Source: an uncultured Candidatus Micrarchaeota archaeon (GTDB lineage Archaea > Micrarchaeota > Micrarchaeia > Anstonellales > Bilamarchaeaceae). From it: DNA of 64,000 nucleotides. The position numbers and the translations under genes were made by a program. Numbering within the stretch: position 1 is the first letter of the stretch; every line of letters begins with the position of its first letter. The stretch is taken from NCBI GenBank assembly GCA_963800555.1, contig CAWDBH010000008.1, forward strand, positions 48,258-112,257, in the 5' to 3' direction. The notes beneath the pieces were generated by a model. It searched no databases, was not told the DNA's origin, and saw only the letters and a program-made list of their open reading frames with translations. Below, piece after piece: positions 38,114 through 47,806 of the stretch.

Positions 38114-39092
38114 TTATCTTGCTCTTGGCCTGGGCGAGCTTGGCTGCCAGCGAGAGTTTGGCTGCGGCGATGTCCCGCTCCGTCTTGCTTTTCGGAGCAG
38201 CGACTTTCGCGATGCTTCTTGCGACCGGAGCGATCCTGGCTTTCTGTGCTTCGGGCGCTCTCGGAGCGGGCCCGGGGGGCATCATGATCCTGCGCATGGG
38301 CTTTGGCTCTCCGGCAGGCGGTTCCATCTCGATCCTGGGAAGCGGAATGGATCTGGGGGCCTGTTCTTTAGGGGCAGGCCGCTTAACCGGGCCTCCGAGG
38401 GTGAATCCCTCCGAACCGATGGTGGCGGGGTGCGGCTTCATGGAATGCGCGACTCCTTTCATCTTGAGCACTTCTATGTAACGCTGCCTCTCGCCCTTCT
38501 CCTCGTCGAAGCGGTAAGAGATATCTATCCAGCCGTCGGTGAATTTCTCTATCCCATAGTTAGATGTCGGCATCTCCCAGCCCGCTTCCGGAGTGGTGTC
38601 TTCGGATAAGATGAGTGTGGTGGTCTCCCATTTCCTGACATTCTCGATGAATTTGAGGAAGCCTTTCTTCCGCTCATCGTCGCTATGGAACTGGAGCGCG
38701 ATTGGCATGACCGAATCGATGACCACGCGCTTGGCTCCGACGCTGTTTATCAACTCGGCCACCGCGGTTGATTGGCCAAGTATCTGGTCGACCTCATGGA
38801 CCGGATAATCCAGGAAAATGAGCTTCCGCTCGCCTTCTGCTTTCGCGATATCCCACACATATCCGCTCATATGGAACATGAATTCCTGCCGGTTCTCCTC
38901 GATGCAGATGTAGACCCCTACCTCGTCGCTCTCATAGGCGCCGTTGTATAAGAACTGGAATCCAAACGTGCTCTTGCCGCTCCCAGACGGCCCTCCGACT
39001 GCGACTATAGAATTCTGCAGGAACCCCCCGCCGAGGTATCTCATCCAGACCCGGGATGCCGCTCTTGATGAATTTCCTTTCCATCCCTTCAC
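38097..39092 (-). CDS. KaiC-like / RecA-superfamily ATPase with a Pro/Ala/Lys-rich C-terminal tail
   Basis: Walker A GGPSGSGKST, a Walker B region and a KaiC-type fold. Confidence 0.8.
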   Translation of the reverse strand: MKGWKGNSSRAASRVWMRYLGGGFLQNSIVAVGGPSGSGKSTFGFQFLYNGAYESDEVGVYICIEENRQEFMFHMSGYVWDIAKAEGERKLIFLDYPVHEVDQILGQSTAVAELINSVGAKRVVIDSVMPIALQFHSDDERKKGFLKFIENVRKWETTTLILSEDTTPEAGWEMPTSNYGIEKFTDGWIDISYRFDEEKGERQRYIEVLKMKGVAHSMKPHPATIGSEGFTLGGPVKRPAPKEQAPRSIPLPRIEMEPPAGEPKPMRRIMMPPGPAPRAPEAQKARIAPVARSIAKVAAPKSKTERDIAAAKLSLAAKLAQAKSKIIKKSK

Positions 39093-39697
39093 CCCTTCCT
39101 GTCTTTTTTGTTGAGGATCTCCTTTCCCATATCCGCTCTTCTCTTCATGTTCTCCTTCATCTGGGTCAGCTCCTCAGGATTCGCGACCTTCGTGAGGATA
39201 TATCTCTTGTATTCTGCCGTGGTGGCCGACATGTTGCCGAGGAGGTTATGCGCCTCGCTCAGCGGCAGCTTGATCTCGTCAGGCCTGAGTATCTCGGTGC
39301 TGAAAGGGCTGTTCGTCATGCAGATGCTGGCGAGCGTGTTGAAATCGATCGTGAGTATCTTGACGATAACGGAGGTGGTCCAGTTCATGTTCTTCTCACC
39401 GCCTACGGGCTCGTTTATCTCTCCGAGGGCGTATACCACGCCTTGCTTGGCGATCAAGGTGTTGACGAATCCTGTCCCGAGCTCCTGCACCATCTCTTTG
39501 GTGGCCGCATGCACATCGAAATAAAGCATGGCCAGCACACCGCCGTTGGCGATGGTCTCTTTAGTTACTTTCTCGACATCCATATCAAACACTCTGCCTT
39601 GCTCCAGTACGGAGCGTTTAAACAATCGCAATCTGCTTATTTCCAGAATATCCTTTATTAATACCCCCCAGACATTCTTTCTATAGGTGCTAATCAT
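39089..39697 (-). CDS. hypothetical protein co-transcribed with the KaiC-like ATPase
   Basis: 202 aa; ATGA overlap with the downstream KaiC-like gene. Confidence 0.45.
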   Translation of the reverse strand: MISTYRKNVWGVLIKDILEISRLRLFKRSVLEQGRVFDMDVEKVTKETIANGGVLAMLYFDVHAATKEMVQELGTGFVNTLIAKQGVVYALGEINEPVGGEKNMNWTTSVIVKILTIDFNTLASICMTNSPFSTEILRPDEIKLPLSEAHNLLGNMSATTAEYKRYILTKVANPEELTQMKENMKRRADMGKEILNKKDRKG

Positions 39698-41009
39698 GTG
39701 TGCATGGAAAAACGAGAGGCAAGGACGCCCCAGAAGACCCCAAAGCGAAGGTGCTCCGCAGAGAGAAAGCGGTCAAAGAAGCCCGGCAAGTTCTGATCAA
39801 GGAAACCCGCGGCCATCCTACAATCGCGAGAGGAGATACCCTCCACGAGAAGGAAGGGGCGGTGAAAGATACACTCCAAGCGAAGGCGCTCCACGGCGTG
39901 AAGGCGGTGAACGGAGATACCCTCCGCGTGAAGGGGAAAGGAGATATCCACGCGAAGGAAGCCATCAAGGGGGCGAGAGAAGATATCCTCCACGCGAAGG
40001 TTTCCAGAGGGGTGAAGGTGGAGGCGAAGTGCGGGAAGCGAACAGGCCCTACGCGAGCGGTGAAAGGAGATACCCTCCACGCCAGGTGGATCGCCGAGAA
40101 GGCGGTTTCCGCGGCCCGCCAAGAGAAGGCGGATACTCGAAGCCTCCGATCCCGAACGACCGTGGCGGATATGACCGCGCCATGAAGCGCGAGAGGTTCA
40201 TGTCACGATCCAAGGAAAGCGTGATGGAAGCGCTGAGGAGCAGGGACATGCTCCTCGCCAGCGTGACCAAGGCGCAGGACGACCTGGACAAGACGATCAA
40301 CCTCCTCGGCGAGAGGCTCGAGGACTGGTACGGCATCTACTTCCCGGAGCTGCGCGCGGAGGACAAGCTCAAATACGCGGAGGTCTCGCTCATAATAGAC
40401 CGGGAGAATTTCGATGAGAGCACAGTGCTCGCGATACTCGGCCCCAAGGCAGCCGCCGGGCTCTCCGAAGCTTCCAAGAAGAGCCTCGGCGCGAAGATAT
40501 CTCCGAAGGATCTCGACCAGTGCAAATCGCTGGCGAGGACCGTCGTCTCCTTGGACACGCTCCGCAGGGAATACGGGACCTACCAGAAGGAGATCGCCCT
40601 GGAGCTATGCCCGAACCTCACGGCGGTCGGAGGGTACGAGATCGCCGCGAAATTGGTTTCCCACGTGGGTTCGCTTGCGAAGCTGGCGATACTTCCGGCA
40701 AGCGCCATACAGGTGCTCGGAGCCGAGAAGGCGCTTTTCAAGCACCTCAAGAACCGGAACATCCCTCCGCCCAAGCACGGCATCATCTTCCAGCATCCGA
40801 AGATCTCATCTTCGCCAAGGATGGTCCGCGGGAAGATCGCCCGCGCCCTCGCGAACAAGCTTTGCCTCGCCGCCAAGGCGGACGCTTTCAGCAAGCGGGA
40901 CATCTCCGCTGATTTGAAGACCGGTTTCGAAACGCGGTTCGCGCAGATCATGAATCAGTACGAGAGCGCCAAGGCCAAAGGCCAGGTGCCGCGGGCCCCG
41001 GAAGAATGA
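39687..41009 (+). CDS. Nop-domain protein (Nop5/Nop56/58-like) with an N-terminal Arg/Gly/Pro/Glu-rich decapeptide-repeat extension
   Basis: C-terminal NOP domain ...LTAVGGYEIAAKLVSHVGSLAKLAILPASAIQVLGAEKALFKHL...HGIIFQHP...; the N-terminal about 165 aa are degenerate GERRYPPREG repeats. TATA tttattaata at 39653-39662. Confidence 0.7.
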   Translation: MLIMCAWKNERQGRPRRPQSEGAPQRESGQRSPASSDQGNPRPSYNRERRYPPREGRGGERYTPSEGAPRREGGERRYPPREGERRYPREGSHQGGERRYPPREGFQRGEGGGEVREANRPYASGERRYPPRQVDRREGGFRGPPREGGYSKPPIPNDRGGYDRAMKRERFMSRSKESVMEALRSRDMLLASVTKAQDDLDKTINLLGERLEDWYGIYFPELRAEDKLKYAEVSLIIDRENFDESTVLAILGPKAAAGLSEASKKSLGAKISPKDLDQCKSLARTVVSLDTLRREYGTYQKEIALELCPNLTAVGGYEIAAKLVSHVGSLAKLAILPASAIQVLGAEKALFKHLKNRNIPPPKHGIIFQHPKISSSPRMVRGKIARALANKLCLAAKADAFSKRDISADLKTGFETRFAQIMNQYESAKAKGQVPRAPEE

Positions 41010-41013
41010 TCGG

Positions 41014-41637
41014 ATGAGGATCCTGGCAGTGTCCGATATCCACGAGGAGGAAGCCGCGCTCGAATCGATCGCCGCGCTTTCATCGTCATACGATCACGTT
41101 TTCGTGTGCGGGGACATCTCGCGCAGCGTCTCGTTCGCGGAAGAGCTAATGAGAATCCCCAACGCGTTCATAGTCCCGGGCAACTGGGACAACGAGCAGG
41201 TGGGTCAGGCCCTTTCGAAATCCGCGCATTACGTTCATGAAAAGCGCGTCGAGATCGAGGATGGCCTGAACGTCGTGGGATTCGGATATGCGCCTCCGAG
41301 CCCGTTCTTCACGTACGGGGAGATCAGCGAAGAGGAGATATACTCCAGGATGAAGAAGCTGAAGATAGATGGCAACACTTTACTGCTGATGCATTCGCCT
41401 CCGAAAGGCTACCTCGACACAGGGTCATTGGGAAGGCACATCGGGAGCGAATCGATACTGAGAATCATCCAGGAGAAGAAACCGCTAGCCGCGTTCTTCG
41501 GCCATGCGCACGAGGCGCTCGGCATCGAGGAGCTGGACGGGACCACGCTCGTGAAGATCCCGCCTGCCAATTCAATGCGCGCCTGCGCGGTCACCGAAAT
41601 GCGTAAAAGAATTCACGCGGAGTACATATCGCTATGA
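41014..41637 (+). CDS. metallophosphoesterase (calcineurin-like)
   Basis: DIHEEE...VCGDIS...GNWD...HSPP...GHAHE motif series. Confidence 0.75.
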   Translation: MRILAVSDIHEEEAALESIAALSSSYDHVFVCGDISRSVSFAEELMRIPNAFIVPGNWDNEQVGQALSKSAHYVHEKRVEIEDGLNVVGFGYAPPSPFFTYGEISEEEIYSRMKKLKIDGNTLLLMHSPPKGYLDTGSLGRHIGSESILRIIQEKKPLAAFFGHAHEALGIEELDGTTLVKIPPANSMRACAVTEMRKRIHAEYISL

Positions 41638-42035
41638 TGGAATGGATGATAACGCTGCGCACGGCCATGCATTCAGACATGGACGATGCCAAAGGCTTCA
41701 TACGCAAGCTCTTCCCCAGGGCAATGGTCAGCGTAGCCGATGATGACGTGATAATCTTGGCCGAATACAACAACCGGATAGTCGGCTTCGCCCATATGAT
41801 AGACGAAGGAGACCGTATGGTGCTCCAAGGGCTCGGTGTGGATGGCGAGGCGCGTGGCCGCGGCGTGGGGACGTTGCTCCTCCAGCACATCCTGAACTCC
41901 ATAGACGAGGACGTCCCGGTGATGCTCAAAGTAAAGGCCATGAACCCGGCGGTGGACCTCTACGCGAGGCACGGCTTCTTCGTGAAACGGATGAACGACC
42001 ACACGCTGACGCTGGTCAGGAAGCCGAACGCGTGA
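41634..42035 (+). CDS. GNAT family N-acetyltransferase
   Basis: ...GLGVDGEARGRGVGTLLLQHIL... acetyl-CoA-binding motif; ATGA overlap with the upstream gene. Confidence 0.75.
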   Translation: MMEWMITLRTAMHSDMDDAKGFIRKLFPRAMVSVADDDVIILAEYNNRIVGFAHMIDEGDRMVLQGLGVDGEARGRGVGTLLLQHILNSIDEDVPVMLKVKAMNPAVDLYARHGFFVKRMNDHTLTLVRKPNA

Positions 42036-42082
42036 ATAGATTCCGTTAATAAGAATTTGCAATTGAAGTTTTGATTACTCAT

Positions 42083-42155
42083 GGGGAAGTGAGCCAACCT
42101 GGTATGCTGCTAGCTTTGGGAGCTGGTTATCTGAGTTCAAATCTCAGCTTCCCCA
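42083..42155 (+). tRNA. tRNA-Pro (UGG)
   Basis: GGGGAAG/CTTCCCC acceptor, anticodon arm CTAGC-TTTGGGA-GCTGG, T-arm CTGAG-TTCAAAT-CTCAG, followed by ttttattttt. Confidence 0.8.
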
Positions 42156-42283
42156 TTTTATTTTTGCTAATTTTTGCCTCGCAGCAAAATTCGCAATCTG
42201 GACAAATAGGCTCGCGTTGAACGCGTTTTCTCCTCCTCGGAACCCGACGTATCATTTATATAGTTAATTGCGAAAAACACCAC

Positions 42284-43438
42284 ATGGCAACCAGAAAGAT
42301 CCGACTCCCCAGCATAGAGGTTACTGGGTACCTCGAAGAGAACAAGAAGAAGATAAAACCGCCCCAACGCGGGGCGCTAGCGCAGGACCGCTACAGCTTA
42401 TCGCATTTGGCAAGCATCCTCACCAGCGGGACGCGACTGGCGATGCTCAATGCCGTGGACCGTCTGCGAGGAAGGGTCCGCGTGCTCGTCGAGCTCGCAT
42501 CATTCTCCACGTTCCAGTACGTGAGGCTCGCGGCCATAGAGAACCTGGCCGATGAGATCGAAGCCCTGGTCGATATCGCGAAATTCTGCCAGTACAGCGA
42601 CACGCGCTCTGCCGCAGTGGATGGATTATCATCAGAGACGAACGCGCTGTCCGAAGTATCGTGCTCCTCGCTTTTCGTCGATACGCGGCTCGAGGCCGTG
42701 AGCACCCTGACGGATCCGCAGGCCCTCTCATCAGTCGCCGCCCGCTCCCCGCACAAGGATTCCCGGAGCGCTGCCCTAGGGAAGATCGCTAAGAATCCCG
42801 CCGCACTGAAGAGGGTCGCAGAGGATTCATCCTACCGCACCTCCCGCCTCGAGGCCATAAAATGCCTCTCGAACGATATCAAGACGCTTTCCTCGCTCGT
42901 CCTCTCATCCAGGAACGCCGAGGTCAAGAAGACCGCTGCCTCCATGCTCTCTATCTACGTGGAAGAGCTCGATGACCCGGAGACGCTCGCCGAGATCGCG
43001 AAGCAGTCCCCGAACGAGGATGCACGATACCTCGCTGTCGGGAGATTATCCGGGGATCCGTGGGCGTTGCGCGGCATAATAGCGGACGCGAAATACGCGG
43101 ACGCCAAAAGCACCGCCATCATGCTGCTCTCCGATATGGTGCCAGAGCTTCAGGACGCTGAGATACTCTCCGATGTCGCGGTCATGTCCCCATACAAGGA
43201 CTGCAGGAGCGCCGCTATAGAGCGGCTCGCAGGCCAGAGCAATTCTCTGCTGAATGTGGCATCGAAATCCCGGTTCAAGGAATCCCGCGACATGGCACTC
43301 AACCTGCTCAAAAGCGACGTCGAGGCGTTGAAAAGCGCATCGAAGCTCTCGCGCTACCACGACACGAGAAAGAAGGCGCATGCGATGGTCTCGAAGCCGG
43401 ACGTGTTCCAGAACGAGCTGGAGCGGATACTCGGTTGA
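42284..43438 (+). CDS. HEAT / PBS-lyase-like repeat protein
   Basis: Repeated about 31-aa units of the form ...(S/D).(R/Y)..A(A/L)..L.... Confidence 0.6.
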   Translation: MATRKIRLPSIEVTGYLEENKKKIKPPQRGALAQDRYSLSHLASILTSGTRLAMLNAVDRLRGRVRVLVELASFSTFQYVRLAAIENLADEIEALVDIAKFCQYSDTRSAAVDGLSSETNALSEVSCSSLFVDTRLEAVSTLTDPQALSSVAARSPHKDSRSAALGKIAKNPAALKRVAEDSSYRTSRLEAIKCLSNDIKTLSSLVLSSRNAEVKKTAASMLSIYVEELDDPETLAEIAKQSPNEDARYLAVGRLSGDPWALRGIIADAKYADAKSTAIMLLSDMVPELQDAEILSDVAVMSPYKDCRSAAIERLAGQSNSLLNVASKSRFKESRDMALNLLKSDVEALKSASKLSRYHDTRKKAHAMVSKPDVFQNELERILG

Positions 43439-43540
43439 ATTTTATTTTTTATTTCTTATCCTGGCGCATCGTCTGCAACCAATAGTCCAAATAAACCCAA
43501 TTAGTTATAAATACTACCACACACCGTATCTGCCGATCTC

Positions 43541-44128
43541 ATGGCATTCAAGGAGAGGCGGCTGTCGAATCTCAGGAAGGCTATAGATGGGGCAACGCAA
43601 TCCAGGCAGGATGCATTCGCTCGTATGGCAAGGAATTTCGGACCCGATACGCTCGAGCTGATGGATAATCTCGCCGCGGAAGGCTTCTATATCCGCGATG
43701 GCATAGTCAACCGCATTCAAGGCAAATGGCGATCATACCCCAAGATGTCGCTTGCGCAAGCGAGTGAAGCGATGAAGCTGAGCAGGCTTCCGGCGGAGAA
43801 GCTGCCCACCGAAGTTGTTGAAACGCCTCTAGCAGCGCTCGCGAGAACTCATAATGTCATATTGCCGGCCGAAGCACTCTCTTCCGCTGGGATAACACGT
43901 GTGAAAGACTTCTTGGAAGCACCACAAGGAAGGTTGTCCGAAGCGATTGGCGTTGAGGGTTACCAGGAGCTGAGGCATTTTCTGCTCTTTTGCGGCATAA
44001 GGACCCGCACGAATCCACCGCCATCGTATATAGGGACATCAGAAATCGTTTTCTTCGGAGAGATGGTCCTCGGCATGCGAAGGGATCCGCCGGAAGATAT
44101 CACGCGGATGTTCCCTTTTGGAATTTAA
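43541..44128 (+). CDS. hypothetical protein
   Basis: 195-aa ORF. Confidence 0.4.
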   Translation: MAFKERRLSNLRKAIDGATQSRQDAFARMARNFGPDTLELMDNLAAEGFYIRDGIVNRIQGKWRSYPKMSLAQASEAMKLSRLPAEKLPTEVVETPLAALARTHNVILPAEALSSAGITRVKDFLEAPQGRLSEAIGVEGYQELRHFLLFCGIRTRTNPPPSYIGTSEIVFFGEMVLGMRRDPPEDITRMFPFGI

Positions 44129-44258
44129 GCCCCCGGAGCAGTCAGAGGGCTTATCTGAGAACTCCCTTTACACTGCGGTGCCAATATTCGCATCAATTGT
44201 AAAATAGCCCAAAACAGCACATCTGCACGATGGCCGACCTTCCGCTGGAGTTGGGTGC

Positions 44259-45452
44259 ATGAACAAGGTGGATATATACGACTTTCAGCGCAGGCTAGAG
44301 CAAGCGATGGATAAGCTCAGGAAAGATAATATAGGCACGGAAAATATTCGCGATATATCCTCATTCTCCAAAATCAAGCTTGCCAAGGGAGTATCGCCCG
44401 GAAGGGCTGCCAAGATAATCCATTGCCTCCGATTGTTGGCAAAACGGCTCAGAAAACCCTTCAGGCAAGCCACAAAAGACGATTTGATTGCCCTAGTCGG
44501 AAATCTCGAAAGAAGCGACTATGCTGAGCATACAAAGTACGACCTAAAGGTCATGCTGAAAATGTTCTACAAATGGCTCAAAGGAAATGATGAATCCGCC
44601 CCTCCGGAAATCGCTTGGCTGAAGAAAAGCAAGAAAAACCTAAACCATAAGCTCCCCGAAGACCTGTTAAGCGAAGACGAAGTCCTTCAGATGGTCGAAG
44701 CCGCGATAAACCCTCGCGATAAAACCCTGATTTTGGTATTATACGAGACTGGCTGCCGGATTGGTGAACTCCTATCCTTACAGATGAAAAACGTCAATTT
44801 TGACCAATATGGCGCGGTTCTGAGGGTAACTGGTAAGACTGGCGACCGGAGGGTTCGGATTATCAGTTCAGCGCCGGTTCTGGCCTCCTGGCTCAATGCC
44901 CACCCTAGGGCTAATGATCCGGACGCCTGGCTATGGTTCCAATACAAGAATAACAAGAAAACCGATAAGTGCCTGAGGCATGGAACGGTTTATGCGACGC
45001 TCAAGAAGATTGCCAAGAGGGCTGGAATCCAAAAGAAGGTATATCCTCACCTTTTCAGGCATTCAAGAGCTACGGCCCTGGCAAACAAGCTGACGGAAGC
45101 CCAGATGAAAGAACATTTCGGTTGGGTCCAGGGTTCTGAGATGGCGGCTACCTATGTTCATCTATCAGGCCGGGATGTGGATAACGCTTTCTTGAAAATA
45201 CATGGTCTGGTTCAAGCTGAGAACGCTCAAGAAGAAAAACTAAAGCTCAGAATTTGCCAGCGGTGCAAGGATCATAACTCTCCAAGCTCGAAGTTTTGCA
45301 CAAAATGCGGTTTGCCTCTGGACGAACAAACGATGGCTATGATTGAGAATAAGCGGGAGAAGAGCGACAATCTCATGAACAAGCTGATGGACGATGAGGA
45401 ATTCAAGAATTTTATGATGAAGAGGATTGCCGAATTGAGGCTAAATCTTTGA
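44259..45452 (+). CDS. tyrosine recombinase / integrase with a C-terminal zinc ribbon
   Basis: Catalytic R..HLFRHSRAT...Y pattern (R, H-x-x-R, Y) and a C-terminal CQRCK...CTKCG. Confidence 0.85.
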   Translation: MNKVDIYDFQRRLEQAMDKLRKDNIGTENIRDISSFSKIKLAKGVSPGRAAKIIHCLRLLAKRLRKPFRQATKDDLIALVGNLERSDYAEHTKYDLKVMLKMFYKWLKGNDESAPPEIAWLKKSKKNLNHKLPEDLLSEDEVLQMVEAAINPRDKTLILVLYETGCRIGELLSLQMKNVNFDQYGAVLRVTGKTGDRRVRIISSAPVLASWLNAHPRANDPDAWLWFQYKNNKKTDKCLRHGTVYATLKKIAKRAGIQKKVYPHLFRHSRATALANKLTEAQMKEHFGWVQGSEMAATYVHLSGRDVDNAFLKIHGLVQAENAQEEKLKLRICQRCKDHNSPSSKFCTKCGLPLDEQTMAMIENKREKSDNLMNKLMDDEEFKNFMMKRIAELRLNL

Positions 45453-45727
45453 GTTCGCTCCACGACGATGGTTTATGAAATATGCTTGTGTCGTTCGGGG
45501 ATATATAAAGGGATGGCGAATTCAATAGCTCTGAGGCGTATCTCTTGCGAGTTCAGCATCAGGAAAGCCTGTTTTTACTGATTTTCGAGGATGGGAATTC
45601 GCCATACTTCAAGCGTTCTGGGCGTCAATTCGCTTGAACCCGCTCAAAAAGTCAGGGTGAATTATTGAATACCCTCTCGAGTGTTTCTCTGATGTTTGTT
45701 CTAGTTATTCTCTTTTTCGCGCTCTCA

Positions 45728-46070
45728 CAACTATCTATATGGTCAGAACGCTTGTTTCAGTGTGTTCTGGGCTTCAGAACGTTTGAAGCAGTGTGAAAGC
45801 AGTGTGCTTGTTTATATACGCAAAATAGGCGTAACACACTGGTTTTTAGGGGTCAGAAAAGCGGTGTGCAGCGCTTCTTTACACAATAACTCTCGCTCTC
45901 TCATCTCAGGGCAGGAAAAATGCTTGATTCAATGTGCTAATCACGTCGATGAGCCCTAAAAAGCATTGTGCTTTTCATTGTGTTTCTTTATAAACCTGGA
46001 AACGCTTCTGCACAATGATTTCAAGGTCAAAAAAGGCATTGTGCTAACCGAAGAGACGAGTCTTCAATAA
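45728..46070. repeat. array of about 8 degenerate iteron-like repeats (core CAGTGTG / GCATTGTGC) in AT-rich DNA
   Basis: tcagaacgcttgtttcagtgtg, cttcagaacgtttgaagcagtgtg, gcagtgtgcttg, gcggtgtgcagcg, caatgtgct, gcattgtgcttttcattgtg, ctgcacaatga, ggcattgtgct. Confidence 0.45.
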
Positions 46071-46124
46071 GGTAATAAATCTGTTCGAAGTTATGATTAC
46101 GGTGCTATTTTGTCAGATGCCCAA

Positions 46125-47806
46125 ATGGAAGCCGCAAGGAAAGAAATCGAAGAACTCCTAGTGAAATTCAAGCGGGATTCCGAAAGCGGGCGAACCAAGA
46201 CATTGAAGGAGGAGAACACAAAGAAGGATTACATAACTCCTCTTTTCCGGGCCCTCGGATGGGATGTGGAAAACAAAAATGCATCCGACGAAGTAACAAA
46301 TGAAGACAAAATATCAAGAGGAAGGGTTGATTATGCATTCCGGCTGCATAGTATCCCAAAGTTCTTTCTTGAAGCAAAAGCCATGGATAAGGGGCTAGAT
46401 GAAGCCAAAGATGCGATTCAGGCGATTAACTACGCGTGGCATAAAGGCGCGACATGGGCCATTCTCACAGATTTCAAAACGCTCATTGTTTACAACGCAG
46501 AAGTGAAAGAGGAGAATCTTTCGAACTGCCGGTTCATACAGTTGACTTGCGATCAATATCTAGAGCAGTTTCATAGATTATGGTGGCTTTCAAAACCTGC
46601 ATTTCAAGAGGGACTGCTGGACAAGGAAGCCCTGAGTTGGGGCAAAAAACTTAGGAAGACAAAAGTCGGAGACCAATTGCTTCAAGAGCTCATGAGCTAC
46701 CGGATGGCGCTCTCCAAGAATATCCTGAAGAACAATTCCAGTAAAAACCTTTCTGAGGAGGAGATAGACGAAGCGGTACAGAGGATAATCGACCGCCTGA
46801 TTTTCATAAGGACAACCGAGGATAGGCTGGTAGAAGAACCGGTTTTACGACCTCTGGCTCGAGAATTCGATGATAAAAAACGAGGGAAACTTACTACTTC
46901 GCTCAATGAGGTTTATCTTAGATTTGATGATACCTACAATAGCCGGCTTTTCAGCTTCAATCCCAACGATAAAACGCAGAGACACCTATGCGAAAGCCTG
47001 GAAATAGACAATGAAGTTCTAATCGATATCATCAATGGCCTCTATCAGAGCAAAGACGGGCTAACACACTACGATTTTTCGGCAATAGATGCGGATGTCC
47101 TTGGGAATATTTACGAGCAATACCTTAGCCATATCCTAAGAAAAACCGAGAAACGGGCCAAACTGGAAAGCAAGGAGGCACATCGCAAAGAGCAGGGGAT
47201 TTACTATACTCCAACATACATAGTCGAATATATCATCAGAAATACTCTTGGCGAAGTCCTGAAGCGGAAGAAATCAGAAGAGGCCGATAAAATCAAAGTC
47301 CTTGACATGGCTTGCGGCTCCGGCTCTTTCCTTTTGAAGGCTTTTGATGTGATAGACGCGCATCACCAGAAGAATGATAAAGAATACGCCCAGACAAAGC
47401 TGGACCTTGAGAACGAGTCTGCCAGGATAACCAAGAAGATAAAGATACTGAAAAACAATATTTATGGGGTTGATCTAGATCCGAAAGCGATTGAAATAGC
47501 CCAGCTTAACCTCTTGCTCAAGGCGGCTGAAACCCGCCATCGCCTTCCAGATTTGAGGGAGAATATAAAATGCGGGAACTCAATAATTTCAGACCCGACA
47601 GTTGCTGGAGAGCGTGCCTTTGACTGGAACAGGGAATTCGAGGCGATTATGAAAGATGGGGGGTTCGATGTCATTATTGGCAATCCCCCTTATGTAGATA
47701 TCAAGCAGCTAGAACCAAGAATTGTTAATTATCTTTTCAATACATATCCGACAGTTGAAAATAGAATGAATCTATACTCTGTTTTTGTAGAGAATGGTCT
47801 AAAATT
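46125..47806 (+). pseudogene. Type IIG restriction-modification fusion enzyme (N-terminal PD-(D/E)xK nuclease plus gamma-class N6-adenine methyltransferase), N-terminal fragment, interrupted by an IS element
   Basis: N-terminal HsdR-N/Mrr-like nuclease region. GIYYTPTYIVEYII (motif X), VLDMACGSGSFL (motif I), NIYGVDLD and GNPPY (motif IV). The reading frame continues on the far side of the IS. Confidence 0.75.

Noticed and set aside
39700-40185. Tandem about 30-bp DNA repeats near 39.8-40.1 kb as a possible CRISPR or minisatellite
   Set aside because: The repeats are contiguous with no spacers and diverged at synonymous positions. They keep the reading frame of the Nop5-like ORF (decapeptide protein repeats), so they are coding repeats, not a CRISPR array.
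42083-42155. tRNA-Pro as the attachment site of the downstream island
   Set aside because: Two GC-typical core-like genes (HEAT-repeat protein and 43541..44128) separate it from the integrase. No partial tRNA-Pro duplicate was seen at the island's right side.
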